Positions 20,790 to 31,233 of a stretch of DNA of 64,000 nucleotides are shown here, one piece after another (the first letter of the stretch is position 1; each line of letters opens with the position of its first letter). The stretch comes from an uncultured Alphaproteobacteria bacterium. Its GTDB lineage: Bacteria > Pseudomonadota > Alphaproteobacteria > Rs-D84. The notes under the pieces were generated by a model that made no database searches, was not told where the DNA came from, and saw nothing but the letters and a program-made list of their open reading frames with translations. Position numbers and translations under genes: made by a program. The stretch lies in assembly GCA_944390835.1 (NCBI GenBank), contig CALXQT010000024.1:3037-67036 (forward strand), in the 5' to 3' direction.

Positions 20790-21518
20790 TTAAAAACGTC
20801 CCATGCCACCGTTTATATGTAATACCTGACCGTTTATATAAGATGCTTCATCAGATGCTAAGAAAACGCAGGCGTTTGCTATATCTTCTGGTTCCCCGAA
20901 GCGACCTGCAGGAATTTGAGCCAAATATGACTTTTTTAAATCTTCGGATAAAACGTCAGTCATAGGTGTTTTAATAAATCCAGGAGCAATGCAGTTTGCG
21001 GTGATTCCTCGTGATCCAACCTCGGCGGCGATAGACTTTGTCATAGCAATCATACCACCTTTTGATGCCGCATAGTTCGCTTGCCCTGGTCCACCAATAG
21101 TACCAATAATAGACGCCATATTAATGATCCGACCAAAGCGATTTTTCATCATAGGCATAATGACTGCACGACACATTTTAAAGCATGAACGTAAGTTTGT
21201 ATTTATAACATCTTCAAATTGATCATCGGTCATACGCATTAATAAAGTATCTTTGGTTATACCTGCATTATTAACTACGATGTCAATTTTACCTGCGGTA
21301 TCAATTGTAGATTGAACTAAATCGATTGCACCACCTTCTGACGCTAAATCAACCGGAATTTTGATATAAGAATCATCAAACTGAGAATTTAATTTATCCA
21401 TACTGCGCCCTGATACGACAACTTTTGCGCCGGCTTCTTTCATTTTTTTTGTGATTGCACCACCGATGCCACCAGTTGCACCAGTAATCAAAGCGACTTT
21501 ACCTGTTAAATCAAACAT
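20790..21518 (-). CDS. fabG: 3-oxoacyl-ACP reductase FabG
   Basis: SDR family, TGATGGIG Rossmann motif, catalytic YAASK. Confidence 0.9.
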   Translation of the reverse strand: MFDLTGKVALITGATGGIGGAITKKMKEAGAKVVVSGRSMDKLNSQFDDSYIKIPVDLASEGGAIDLVQSTIDTAGKIDIVVNNAGITKDTLLMRMTDDQFEDVINTNLRSCFKMCRAVIMPMMKNRFGRIINMASIIGTIGGPGQANYAASKGGMIAMTKSIAAEVGSRGITANCIAPGFIKTPMTDVLSEDLKKSYLAQIPAGRFGEPEDIANACVFLASDEASYINGQVLHINGGMGRF

Positions 21519-21519
21519 T

Positions 21520-22395
21520 TTATATCTCCAATTTTTTTCCTGTCATTTCCGGGCAAATGCGTCCGGTTAATCCCGTTAAAACGCTGCCTGGTCCAACTTC
21601 AATTGTTTCGGTTATGCCAAGTTCGTGCATTTTTAAAACAGATTCACGCCAATGTACACCGTGAGTAATTTGATATACCAAAGCATCCTTTATTTCTATC
21701 GGATCGCTCATAGGAGAAGCAGTTTTATTAGAAATTAGAATTGCTTTTGGTGTTTTTATTTCTATATTTTCTAATGCCGCACGCATTTCTTCCGCGGCAG
21801 GTTCCTGAATACGGCAATGAACAGGAACAGACAATGCTAGGGGCATAGCGCGCTTTGCACCGGCTTCTTTTGCAAGTAGCAATGTTTCTTCTACAACATT
21901 TTTTGCCCCAGATACAACAACTTGTCCGGGACTGTTGTCATTAGCAACATCACAGTTTGTTTGTGCACAAATTTCACGAACTTTTTCAATGTCTAATCCT
22001 AATATAACGGCCGTTAAACCCTTACCAACTGGAACTGCGCGTTGCATAGCATCCCCACGCAACCGAAGAAGTCTTGCAGTATCTGCAACAGATAACGCTC
22101 CTGCGGCGCAAAGTGCTGTATATTCTCCCAAAGAATGTCCTGCAACATATTCTGTTAAAGGCATCCCACTTGCACGCAACATTGCAATTGATACTGCCAT
22201 AATAGCTGGTTGAACATTTGTTGTAAGCGTCAAATCTTCCATAGGACCGTTAAAAATAATGTCGGATAATTTTTGATTTAGCGCATCGTCAACTTCATCA
22301 AATACGGCACGCGCTTCGGGGTTGTTTTCATATAGTTCTTTCCCCATACCAACGGCTTGCGAACCCTGTCCAGGGAAAACAAGTATAGATGACAT
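21520..22395 (-). CDS. fabD: Malonyl CoA-ACP transacylase FabD
   Basis: GQGSQ and GHSLGEY active-site motifs. Confidence 0.9.
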   Translation of the reverse strand: MSSILVFPGQGSQAVGMGKELYENNPEARAVFDEVDDALNQKLSDIIFNGPMEDLTLTTNVQPAIMAVSIAMLRASGMPLTEYVAGHSLGEYTALCAAGALSVADTARLLRLRGDAMQRAVPVGKGLTAVILGLDIEKVREICAQTNCDVANDNSPGQVVVSGAKNVVEETLLLAKEAGAKRAMPLALSVPVHCRIQEPAAEEMRAALENIEIKTPKAILISNKTASPMSDPIEIKDALVYQITHGVHWRESVLKMHELGITETIEVGPGSVLTGLTGRICPEMTGKKLEI

Positions 22396-22450
22396 ATAAA
22401 CTCCTTTAAATTGAGTTTATTATAGAATTGAAAATACGTAATCGCAAATA

Positions 22451-23023
22451 TTATCTAACAGGAAGAATTTTTATTTGAATCGTGTCTTTTTCTGCGTTTC
22501 CTTTACGAACGGAAAATTCGCAACCGCAATAATTTTGACGGTAAAAGCCTGATTCGCGACCGATTTTTTGCCGTAATGCTTCATCCCATTTAATGGGTTT
22601 ATATTGGTTTCCTAATGCAGATATACCCGCTTTATCAACCTGAGATTGATCTTTGTGTTTAGACACACCGAAAACAGATGCAACAGCGTCATACCCATGT
22701 TCTGAGGCCCATTTTTTTGCGTATTCAAAGCGAAATAGAAAACATTTACTGCAACGAGCCCCCCGTTCTGGTTCTGTTTCCAAACCACGCATTGCATTAC
22801 GCCATGCATCGTGATTGTATTCACCGATGGCGTAGTTTACACCAAGTTTTTCGCAATATTTAATTTGTTCAGAAAGTCTTTTATCATATTCTGTAGATGG
22901 GAAAATATTCGGATTAAAAAATAAAACAATAAAGTCTTCAATATCCGATATTTCCCCGTCTACAAGTTGTTTTATGGCGCCAGCACTGCATGGAGCACAG
23001 CAAGACATCAAAACTAGTTTCAT
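22451..23023 (-). CDS. queH: Epoxyqueuosine reductase QueH (DUF208 family)
   Basis: N-terminal LMSCCAPCS and C-terminal YCGCEFS cysteine motifs typical of QueH; 190 aa. Confidence 0.65.
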   Translation of the reverse strand: MKLVLMSCCAPCSAGAIKQLVDGEISDIEDFIVLFFNPNIFPSTEYDKRLSEQIKYCEKLGVNYAIGEYNHDAWRNAMRGLETEPERGARCSKCFLFRFEYAKKWASEHGYDAVASVFGVSKHKDQSQVDKAGISALGNQYKPIKWDEALRQKIGRESGFYRQNYCGCEFSVRKGNAEKDTIQIKILPVR

Positions 23024-23024
23024 T

Positions 23025-23288
23025 TTATCTAATTCTGTGTTTGCGTAATTTTATAGCACGTTTAATCAAAGTAATGGTTTTATCATAGTCTTTTGCTTTG
23101 ATTGTTATTACATTATCTGCATCAAGACTTGTGTCAGATATTCTTTGGTGTAAATAATTATATAATTTACAAGTATCTGTCGGCTTGCAGGTTGTAAAAG
23201 CTCTACAGTCAATACATGCTAATTTATCTACGAATATATGTTCATTATTATTTTCAATAACTATTTTCATTTTTTTATCTGTTAACAT
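23025..23288 (-). CDS. Hypothetical small Cys4 protein (87 aa; C-x2-C-x5-C-x5-C)
   Basis: Tightly packed between metG and queH on the same strand. Possible metal-binding motif CIDCRAFTTCKPTDTC. Confidence 0.35.
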   Translation of the reverse strand: MLTDKKMKIVIENNNEHIFVDKLACIDCRAFTTCKPTDTCKLYNYLHQRISDTSLDADNVITIKAKDYDKTITLIKRAIKLRKHRIR

Positions 23289-23298
23289 TTTTTACCTT

Positions 23299-25296
23299 TT
23301 ATATTGATTTACCTATTTCTGTATTTGTGTCTAATTCTATTATTTCTTCAGAATTTTCACCCTGCCCTAATTCGGCAGCACTGCACATCATACCATAAGA
23401 TTCAACACCTGCAACTGTTCTTTGCAGTATAGGTTTTTTTGCATTTGGTAATAAACAGCCAATTGGTGCAAGCGCCCCCACCATTCCGATACGTACATTC
23501 GGTGCACCACATACAATTTGTAAGTCATGATGTGTACCGTCGTCAACAGTCAGAATATGTAAATTTTCTCGGACCGGATGGTCTTTTATATCAACAATTT
23601 TTGCTGCGACTGGTTTCGGCGTATTTTCTGTTTTTGGCGCATATTTATTGGTTAATTCAACAACCGTTTCAGCGTCAATACGCGAAAACAAGTTTTCGGG
23701 TATTACAAATTTAGTATCGTCCGCAATACGAGATACGTAAGTATCTGGCCAAGAAAGATCTAGTTCGGTATTAAATATTTTACGTATTTTTTCTGATGTA
23801 TCAGGGATAAATGGTGCAGATACTCGTGCATATAAATCAATCAGTTGAAAGCATTGATTTAATACAGCTGCCGCTTCTGTCAGTTCACCGCGCTTTACCA
23901 ATGCCCAAGGTTCTTTGATGGTCATATATTCATTACCGATTGCGTATAATGAACGCAATGCAACAATAGCCGCACGGAATTCACAAGCGTCCAGTGCAGT
24001 TGTCAACTCGGATAATTTTTCATTTATCTGTGCGATTAAATCCTTATCTGCAGGAGCGGCTTTCGGCACATTCAGACCAAAATTCTTTTCTGTCAGTTTG
24101 CATACACGTGAAATAAAGTTTCCCAGCATACCATTCAGGTCTTTATTTACAATGTCTGCAAAGCGAGAGAATGTAAAGTCAGTATCATCTGTCTCTGGTG
24201 CGGACGCAATCAACGCATAACGCCAAGCATCAGCGGGTGCAATTTCAATAGCCTGGTCTAAAAATACACCGCGGTTTTCTGATTTAGAGAACTTACCGCC
24301 TTCAAAATTCAGGAAGTTCATTGATTTCAACATATCAACGGTTTTCCAGTTATCATTCATGGCCAATTGCTGTTCTGGGAAGAAAACAGCATGGAATTTG
24401 ACATTATCTTTTGCCATAAATTGCGCATAATGGCAGTCAGGATTTTTCCACCACGTTGCCCAATCTTTATTTGCGGCCTGAGATATAGAAACATACCCCC
24501 ACGGTGCATCGAACCACACATAGAAAACTTTATTTTCATAACCTGGCTTGTTCACAGAAATCCCCCACGGTAGGTCACGTGTAATAGATGTATCTTGCAG
24601 ACCTTCTTTTGACCAACCGTTTGCGATGGCGGACGCGGTTTTAGACCATTTTTGTGCATGTGTTTTTAACCATTGCCTCCATTTTTCTTCGACCTTTGAC
24701 GCCAAGAAAAACAAGTTCTTTGTCGGTTTCATTTCAATATTCGTACTGCCAGATATAGTACTGCGCGGGTTTATTAATTCTGTTGCTTCATAAGTTGCAC
24801 TGCATCTATCACATTGGTCGCCGCGTGCTTTGTCATAACCGCACTTTGGGCACGTTCCAACTAATTGACGGTCCGCTAAGAACATATTGTCATCAACAGA
24901 AAACGGTTGCAACGTTTCGCGTTCTTCGATTAATCCTTCTGCATCCAGACGCAGGAATAATTCATGTATTAATTTTTCTTGCAATTCTGTATGTGTACGT
25001 CCATAAAAGTCAAAAGACATATTAAAATCTTTTACTGCACGTAGATGCTTTTCATAATATTTAGTGGCGTAATCAAAATATGTCATATTTTCTTTCATTG
25101 CACCAACGACAACAGGTGTACCATGTTCATCAGCACCACAGATATATAGTACATCGCGACCACACGCGCGACAAAAACGAGCATAAATATCAGAAGGCAA
25201 CCAGCAACCAATCAAGTGCCCTAAGTGCAATTCTCCATTTACGTATGGCAAAGCAGAGGTAATTAAATATTTTTGTTTTTTATTGTCGTTTGTCAT
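23299..25296 (-). CDS. metG: Methionine--tRNA ligase with a C-terminal tRNA-binding domain
   Basis: HLGH (HIGH-type), KFSKS, Zn knuckle CPKCG...CDRC; 665 aa. Confidence 0.9.
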   Translation of the reverse strand: MTNDNKKQKYLITSALPYVNGELHLGHLIGCWLPSDIYARFCRACGRDVLYICGADEHGTPVVVGAMKENMTYFDYATKYYEKHLRAVKDFNMSFDFYGRTHTELQEKLIHELFLRLDAEGLIEERETLQPFSVDDNMFLADRQLVGTCPKCGYDKARGDQCDRCSATYEATELINPRSTISGSTNIEMKPTKNLFFLASKVEEKWRQWLKTHAQKWSKTASAIANGWSKEGLQDTSITRDLPWGISVNKPGYENKVFYVWFDAPWGYVSISQAANKDWATWWKNPDCHYAQFMAKDNVKFHAVFFPEQQLAMNDNWKTVDMLKSMNFLNFEGGKFSKSENRGVFLDQAIEIAPADAWRYALIASAPETDDTDFTFSRFADIVNKDLNGMLGNFISRVCKLTEKNFGLNVPKAAPADKDLIAQINEKLSELTTALDACEFRAAIVALRSLYAIGNEYMTIKEPWALVKRGELTEAAAVLNQCFQLIDLYARVSAPFIPDTSEKIRKIFNTELDLSWPDTYVSRIADDTKFVIPENLFSRIDAETVVELTNKYAPKTENTPKPVAAKIVDIKDHPVRENLHILTVDDGTHHDLQIVCGAPNVRIGMVGALAPIGCLLPNAKKPILQRTVAGVESYGMMCSAAELGQGENSEEIIELDTNTEIGKSI

Positions 25297-25326
25297 ATTA
25301 ACGCCTTTTGTAAAAAATATGGACGC

Positions 25327-25352
25327 CCAACGGGGCGCCCAAGGAATCCCGT
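25327..25352 (-). terminator. Terminator for the tRNA-Val transcript (GGGCGCCCCGTTGGGCGTCC plus T-run on the minus strand), just upstream of the metG start
   Basis: GC-rich hairpin followed by ATATTTTTT when read on the minus strand. Confidence 0.5.
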
Positions 25353-25415
25353 TAGAAATTGTTATCTAATATTAATTATACATTCGCATCATTTTAATTT
25401 CCGTTTTTCTTAAAT

Positions 25416-25492
25416 TGGTGGGTGGTATTGGACTCGAACCAACGACCTTTACGATGTCAACGTAACGCTCTAACCAACTGAGCTAACCACCC
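25416..25492 (-). tRNA. tRNA-Val (anticodon GAC)
   Basis: Reverse complement: acceptor GGGTGGT/ACCACCC, D-arm GCTC..GAGC, anticodon loop TTGACAT, T-arm GTTGG TTCGAGT CCAAT, CCA. Confidence 0.85.
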
Positions 25493-25517
25493 AAAACTTT
25501 ATCCACGGTGCTTTGTC

Positions 25518-25577
25518 CAGAAAACCAGCGACCTTACGATGTTAACGTACGCGGCTGACCAACTGAGCTAACCACCC
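25518..25577 (-). pseudogene. Degenerate partial duplicate of tRNA-Val (5-prime acceptor/D region conserved; broken D and anticodon stems, no T-arm or 3-prime acceptor)
   Basis: Shares GGGTGGTTAGCTCAGTTGGT...CGTAA.GGTCG with the adjacent tRNA-Val(GAC) but cannot form a cloverleaf. Confidence 0.4.
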
Positions 25578-25685
25578 AAACTTTACGGATTATATCAAAG
25601 AAAAATCAGATTGCAATACTAAAGTACAAGATTTCTGGCCGTTACGGCAAAATAAAATATCACACTTTAATTTATGTGCGATATG

Positions 25686-27101
25686 TTATTTTTGCTTTTT
25701 GGTTTTCTTTTTGGGTTTTGTTTTGGAGATATCTGATTCTAGTTCTGTTTTTTTATGTTCAGACGCAAGATATGCTTCAAGCCAATGGTTGTCAAAATTT
25801 AATGTTTTGATATCCCGATTATTCAATAAACGTTGTTGCAAAGGTATAGTTGTTTTTACACCTTCTATTACAAATTCATCTAATGCACGCACAGCACGCA
25901 TTATACATGCTGGTCTGCTTGTGGCGTGAACTATTAATTTTGCAATCATAGAATCGTATGTTGGTGGGATTGTATAACCCGTATATACTGCACTATCTAC
26001 ACGAACCCCCATACCACCGGATGGCGCATACAAAGTTATTTTACCAGGATTCGGTATAAATGTTTCAGGATCTTCTGCATTTATCCGAAATTCAATTGCG
26101 TGCCCATGTGGAACTACATTGGATTGTGTATAACCAAGTTTTTCGCCCGCTGCAATGCGGATTTGTTCGCGTACTAAATCAACCCCATATACCATTTCTG
26201 TAACAGGGTGTTCTACTTGTAATCTAGTATTCATTTCTAGAAAATAGAACTTACCGTCTTCAAACATGAATTCAAAAGTACCTGCGTTGACATAGCCCAT
26301 TTTTTTTGCGGCATTTTTACAGATCTCAATCATGTCGTCGCGTTGTTTTTGGGTAAGTATCGCTGCTGGACATTCTTCCATTACTTTTTGATTTTTACGC
26401 TGTAAAGAACAGTCGCGTTCACCAAAAATTACTACATTACCATGTTTGTCGCCCAATACCTGAAATTCAATATGGCGTGGATGCATTAGTAATTTTTCCA
26501 TATAAAGCGTGTCATCACCGAAACCAGATTTAGCTTCGTTTTTAGTCATTTGAAAAGCTTCAGGCATTTGATCTGCTGACATAACAGGGCGAATACCGCG
26601 TCCACCACCACCAGCCGCAGCTTTTAACATAACAGGATAACCTATTTCTTCCGCACATTTAAGTGCGTCTTCCAAAGACTCGATTGCGCCATCTGAGCCC
26701 GGGACTACAGGCAATCCACATTTTATTGCGGTTTGCTTTGCGTTAACTTTGTCCCCCATTTTTTCTATCATAGCCGCCGAAGGACCGATCCATATTAATC
26801 CATGCTGCTCAACTTTTTGCGCAAAATCCGCACGTTCAGATAAAAAACCATACCCAGGGTGGATTGCGTCAGAATTAGTTAATAATGCCGCCGTTAAAAT
26901 TGCAGATTCATTTAAATAAGAATCCTTTGACGGTCCTGGACCAATACAAACAGATTCGTCTGCTAATTGTACGTGCATTGCATTTCTGTCGACTGTTGAA
27001 TAAACGGCAACAGTACGAATGCCCATGTCGCGACAGGCACGAATTATACGTAGTGCAATTTCACCACGATTTGCGATTAAAACTTTTTTTATGTGTGACA
27101 T
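25686..27101 (-). CDS. accC: Acetyl-CoA carboxylase biotin carboxylase subunit, with a short Lys-rich C-terminal extension
   Basis: ATP-grasp motifs and MKKVLIANRGEIA N-terminus; about 450-aa core plus KPKKKTKKQK tail. Confidence 0.9.
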   Translation of the reverse strand: MSHIKKVLIANRGEIALRIIRACRDMGIRTVAVYSTVDRNAMHVQLADESVCIGPGPSKDSYLNESAILTAALLTNSDAIHPGYGFLSERADFAQKVEQHGLIWIGPSAAMIEKMGDKVNAKQTAIKCGLPVVPGSDGAIESLEDALKCAEEIGYPVMLKAAAGGGGRGIRPVMSADQMPEAFQMTKNEAKSGFGDDTLYMEKLLMHPRHIEFQVLGDKHGNVVIFGERDCSLQRKNQKVMEECPAAILTQKQRDDMIEICKNAAKKMGYVNAGTFEFMFEDGKFYFLEMNTRLQVEHPVTEMVYGVDLVREQIRIAAGEKLGYTQSNVVPHGHAIEFRINAEDPETFIPNPGKITLYAPSGGMGVRVDSAVYTGYTIPPTYDSMIAKLIVHATSRPACIMRAVRALDEFVIEGVKTTIPLQQRLLNNRDIKTLNFDNHWLEAYLASEHKKTELESDISKTKPKKKTKKQK

Positions 27102-27110
27102 TTTCGTTAC

Positions 27111-27566
27111 TTATTCAATAACAATTATTGGTTGATCAAATTCTACGGCTTGACCATCTGTAACCAAAATTTCTTTTACGATACCGTCTTTGTCAGATTT
27201 AATAGGATTAAATGTTTTCATAGCTTCTATTAAAGCGACGGTATCACCGGCTTTTATTTGTTCGCCAATCGTTGTAAATGGTTTTGCACCAGGTTCCGGT
27301 GCTAGGTATGCAACCCCAACCATTGGTGACTTTAAAGCATAACCGTTAATTGCTTTTTCTGTGTCTGTAGGTTCGCTGTTTGTGTTTTTTGATTCTGCAG
27401 AAACAGGAAGGTTTGGCATCGCAACTGCTGTTGCTGCCTGCTGTTTAGATAAGTGTATATGCTTGCGGTATACACCAAATAAAAATTGGCGTTCTAAATC
27501 TAATTCTGTAATACCCATTTCATCCATGATTTTCGACATAGATTCAACGGTTGCACGAAAAGACAT
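27111..27566 (-). CDS. accB: Biotin carboxyl carrier protein AccB
   Basis: Biotinyl-lysine motif IEAMKT in the C-terminal lipoyl-like domain; upstream of accC. Confidence 0.9.
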   Translation of the reverse strand: MSFRATVESMSKIMDEMGITELDLERQFLFGVYRKHIHLSKQQAATAVAMPNLPVSAESKNTNSEPTDTEKAINGYALKSPMVGVAYLAPEPGAKPFTTIGEQIKAGDTVALIEAMKTFNPIKSDKDGIVKEILVTDGQAVEFDQPIIVIE

Positions 27567-27651
27567 TTTCTATCCTTTTATATATAATCTTCTATGAACT
27601 TTACCAAACGTGTTCAATGTGGATAAAATTTTACCACAATCACATCGGTTG

Positions 27652-27906
27652 TCAAGGGACAGGGTCATATCCAAACCCACCACCCGGTCTGCAGCGTAAT
27701 ATTCTGCGTATTCCAAGAAGCGTTCCACGACATATTCCGTATTTATTAATAGCTTGCGCTGTATATTCACTACATGTTGGTGTAAACCTGCATGCGGCTT
27801 GCCCACCGATAAATGGAGATATACATATTTGATATAATCGAACAAAGCGAATGGCAGCGCCTTTTAATAAATTCGAAAAAAACAGGCCGTTTTTATTATT
27901 CCGCAT
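27652..27906 (-). CDS. yidD: Membrane protein insertion efficiency factor YidD
   Basis: Conserved YQ.ISP..G..CRF.PTCS.Y motif. Confidence 0.8.
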   Translation of the reverse strand: MRNNKNGLFFSNLLKGAAIRFVRLYQICISPFIGGQAACRFTPTCSEYTAQAINKYGICRGTLLGIRRILRCRPGGGFGYDPVP

Positions 27907-28270
27907 GTGATTTTTTTATGTAATTTAAAGCTTTGCGCATCTCATTTCTGCCCTCTGTACGTGTGGCAGTTAAAATTGGTGTGCGGGCAATAAATATATA
28001 ATCTAAATCGTTAGACATATGTTTTTCGTTGAAACGAATCCAATCGCGCAGTAAACGTTTCGCACGATTTCTATCAACGGCAAGTTTAAAGTTTTTTTTT
28101 GTAACAACTAAGCCATATTGAGGGTCTTCTTTAAAATGTGTCGGTCTGGCACGTACGAAAAACATAGCGCAACGTGCATTTAAATCGTTTTCGCCTATTA
28201 AAAAGTCTTTATGTTTTTTTATGGTATTTCTCATATCTCGCATATAATACCAAAATATAACGATAAGCAA
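27896..28270 (-). CDS. rnpA: RNase P protein component RnpA
   Basis: Basic protein with RNR-motif-like [12 protein letters not shown]; overlaps yidD as in the canonical rnpA-yidD arrangement. No rpmH seen upstream. Confidence 0.8.
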   Translation of the reverse strand: MLIVIFWYYMRDMRNTIKKHKDFLIGENDLNARCAMFFVRARPTHFKEDPQYGLVVTKKNFKLAVDRNRAKRLLRDWIRFNEKHMSNDLDYIFIARTPILTATRTEGRNEMRKALNYIKKSHAE

Positions 28271-28346
28271 ATAAAAAACATAAATTTGATGTATGCCTGC
28301 TTGATTTTTTGATTGCTAGGCTTTATAGTGCAAAAAAATCATATAG

Positions 28347-29403
<1,057 letters not shown>

Positions 29404-29405
<2 letters not shown>

Positions 29406-29430
29406 AAAAACCGGCAAATGCCGGTTTTTT
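29404..29430. terminator. Bidirectional terminator A7 CCGGCAAATGCCGG T8
   Basis: Perfect hairpin between mreB(+) and the sspB-like gene(-). Confidence 0.7.
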
Positions 29431-29895
29431 TTATTGTTTTCTTTTTTTTCTAAAATCGTCTAACGACACTATCCTGCCTTTGTCAGGAACGCTGCCTGGT
29501 TTTTCGTCCAACGGTAATTCCATGTCGTTATCTGCCGCAGATACCCCTTTTGGGTGAAAGGACAGCATAAAATCAACAGACGGATCTTTAAATTCAACCA
29601 GCGCAGAAAAAGGAACTCTTATAAAAAATGGCCGTCCGTCAAAAGTTAATTGAACGCCAAATTCTTTATCAGATACATGTAAGTTATTATATGAATATTG
29701 CAAAACTATCGTCATAATATCTGGATAACGTATACGAAGAAAATCTGGCAGTACAACACCTGGAACGCGTGTTTTAAAAGTTATATAGAAATGCGTTCCT
29801 TCACCAAGACCGTTTACTTGTGCGTGTATCAGTGCTTCTTTCACAACTGATTTTAATGCGTTATCTAATAAAGTTTGATAATCAATTTTACTCAT
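29431..29895 (-). CDS. sspB: ClpXP adaptor SspB, alphaproteobacterial type
   Basis: HFYITF, YPDIMTIVLQ, PFSALVEFKDPSV and the C-terminal ClpX-binding tail VSLDDFRKKRK resemble Caulobacter SspB-alpha. The start overlaps recF. Confidence 0.55.
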   Translation of the reverse strand: MSKIDYQTLLDNALKSVVKEALIHAQVNGLGEGTHFYITFKTRVPGVVLPDFLRIRYPDIMTIVLQYSYNNLHVSDKEFGVQLTFDGRPFFIRVPFSALVEFKDPSVDFMLSFHPKGVSAADNDMELPLDEKPGSVPDKGRIVSLDDFRKKRKQ

Positions 29896-30997
29896 TTGTA
29901 TTTCCTGCGACCAGTATATTATTTATTTCGCCGTTCTTGCAAGTAACAAATATGGCATTTGGGACGTTTGCAAAAATATTTGCGTCAAGTCCAGTGGCCC
30001 ACACTTGTGCGTCTGTTTCGCCTAACGCTTTAAATAAAAGCGCACGTGCGGTTTCATCAAGGTGTGCCGCTGCTTCGTCTAATAATATTATTGGACTGTG
30101 TTTAGTTTTGGTATGAATTAGTTTTGCATGAGCTAAAATTAAGTTTATTAAAACGGTTTTTTGCTGTCCGGTACTTGTAAGTACGGCTGGTAAGTTCAAG
30201 ATTTTATTAAAAACACCGAAGTCTGATTTGTGCGGTCCGTCTAAAATCATTTTGTCTCCGACAAGTTCACGATTATTCTGGAGGTAAGTTAAATATTGTC
30301 GTTCGGCGGCGGCATTTGTTATTCCATCTATTAACATTTGCTCTATTTGTCCGGATACGGTCACAGCACAATCGGTTAAAAAATAGTTTAATTCACCGGC
30401 ATATTGTATACGTGCTGCGGCAATTGCTGTTGCGGTTCCGGCTATTTGTGCGTCAAGAGCATCAAGCCAATTTTTATCATTGCCGTTTTTTAAAGCAAAG
30501 GCACGTTCTGATAATAGTTTTGAAAGTCGTGCCACCCTGCCCGCATGTGATGTATCAAAACTGGCTGTAAGACGGTCAAAAAAAGCCCTGCGGTCTGAAG
30601 CAGATTCAATAAATAACCTATCTTCTTTAGGAGTAAGCCAAACAATACGTAGTCGGTTACCCAAATCACCAAGAGTCGCGCTGTCGCCATCTATGCGGGC
30701 TTTACGGTTAGACTCGTTATTTGTAAAATAAACACATAATTCTGTATCGTCTTCTAGCTCTGCAGTAACAGAAAAACCACCGTCACCAGTAAAGCGTGCG
30801 ACATCTGACATCGCCGCCCCACGTAAACCTTTGTCGCCAGATAATATGGATACTGCTTCTAATATTGCGGTTTTCCCTGCGCCATTGGGTCCTGTAATTA
30901 TTATGTTACGGCATCCATTTGTTTTTATTCTTGCGGCCGCATGATTACGAAAATTATATAGTGTAATCGCTTTTATCATGGCCAAATCATACACCAT
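29888..30997 (-). CDS. recF: DNA replication and repair protein RecF
   Basis: Walker A GPNGAGKT, SMC-like signature, 369 aa. Confidence 0.9.
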   Translation of the reverse strand: MVYDLAMIKAITLYNFRNHAAARIKTNGCRNIIITGPNGAGKTAILEAVSILSGDKGLRGAAMSDVARFTGDGGFSVTAELEDDTELCVYFTNNESNRKARIDGDSATLGDLGNRLRIVWLTPKEDRLFIESASDRRAFFDRLTASFDTSHAGRVARLSKLLSERAFALKNGNDKNWLDALDAQIAGTATAIAAARIQYAGELNYFLTDCAVTVSGQIEQMLIDGITNAAAERQYLTYLQNNRELVGDKMILDGPHKSDFGVFNKILNLPAVLTSTGQQKTVLINLILAHAKLIHTKTKHSPIILLDEAAAHLDETARALLFKALGETDAQVWATGLDANIFANVPNAIFVTCKNGEINNILVAGNTNE

Positions 30998-31051
30998 TTT
31001 ATTTTAAAAACAAACTAAAACAAAACGCCCCGCAAATGGGCGTTTGATTTC

Positions 31052-31125
31052 TGGAGGCCTGGGTCGGAATCGAACCGGCATACAAGGATTTGCAGTCCTC
31101 TGCATAACCACTCTGCCACCAGGCC
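31052..31125 (-). tRNA. tRNA-Cys (anticodon GCA)
   Basis: Reverse complement GGCCTGGTGGCAGAGTGGTTATGCAGAGGACTGCAAATCCTTG...TTCGATTCC...CCAGGCCTCCA; anticodon loop CTGCAAA. Confidence 0.85.
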
Positions 31126-31233
31126 AATTAAAATTTGTGTAACTATACTAGGCAAAAAAAAATTGTAATTCAACAGAAAAATTGTATATATATAATATAT
31201 TTGTTATATGATATTATAATGGGAAAGAGAGAA

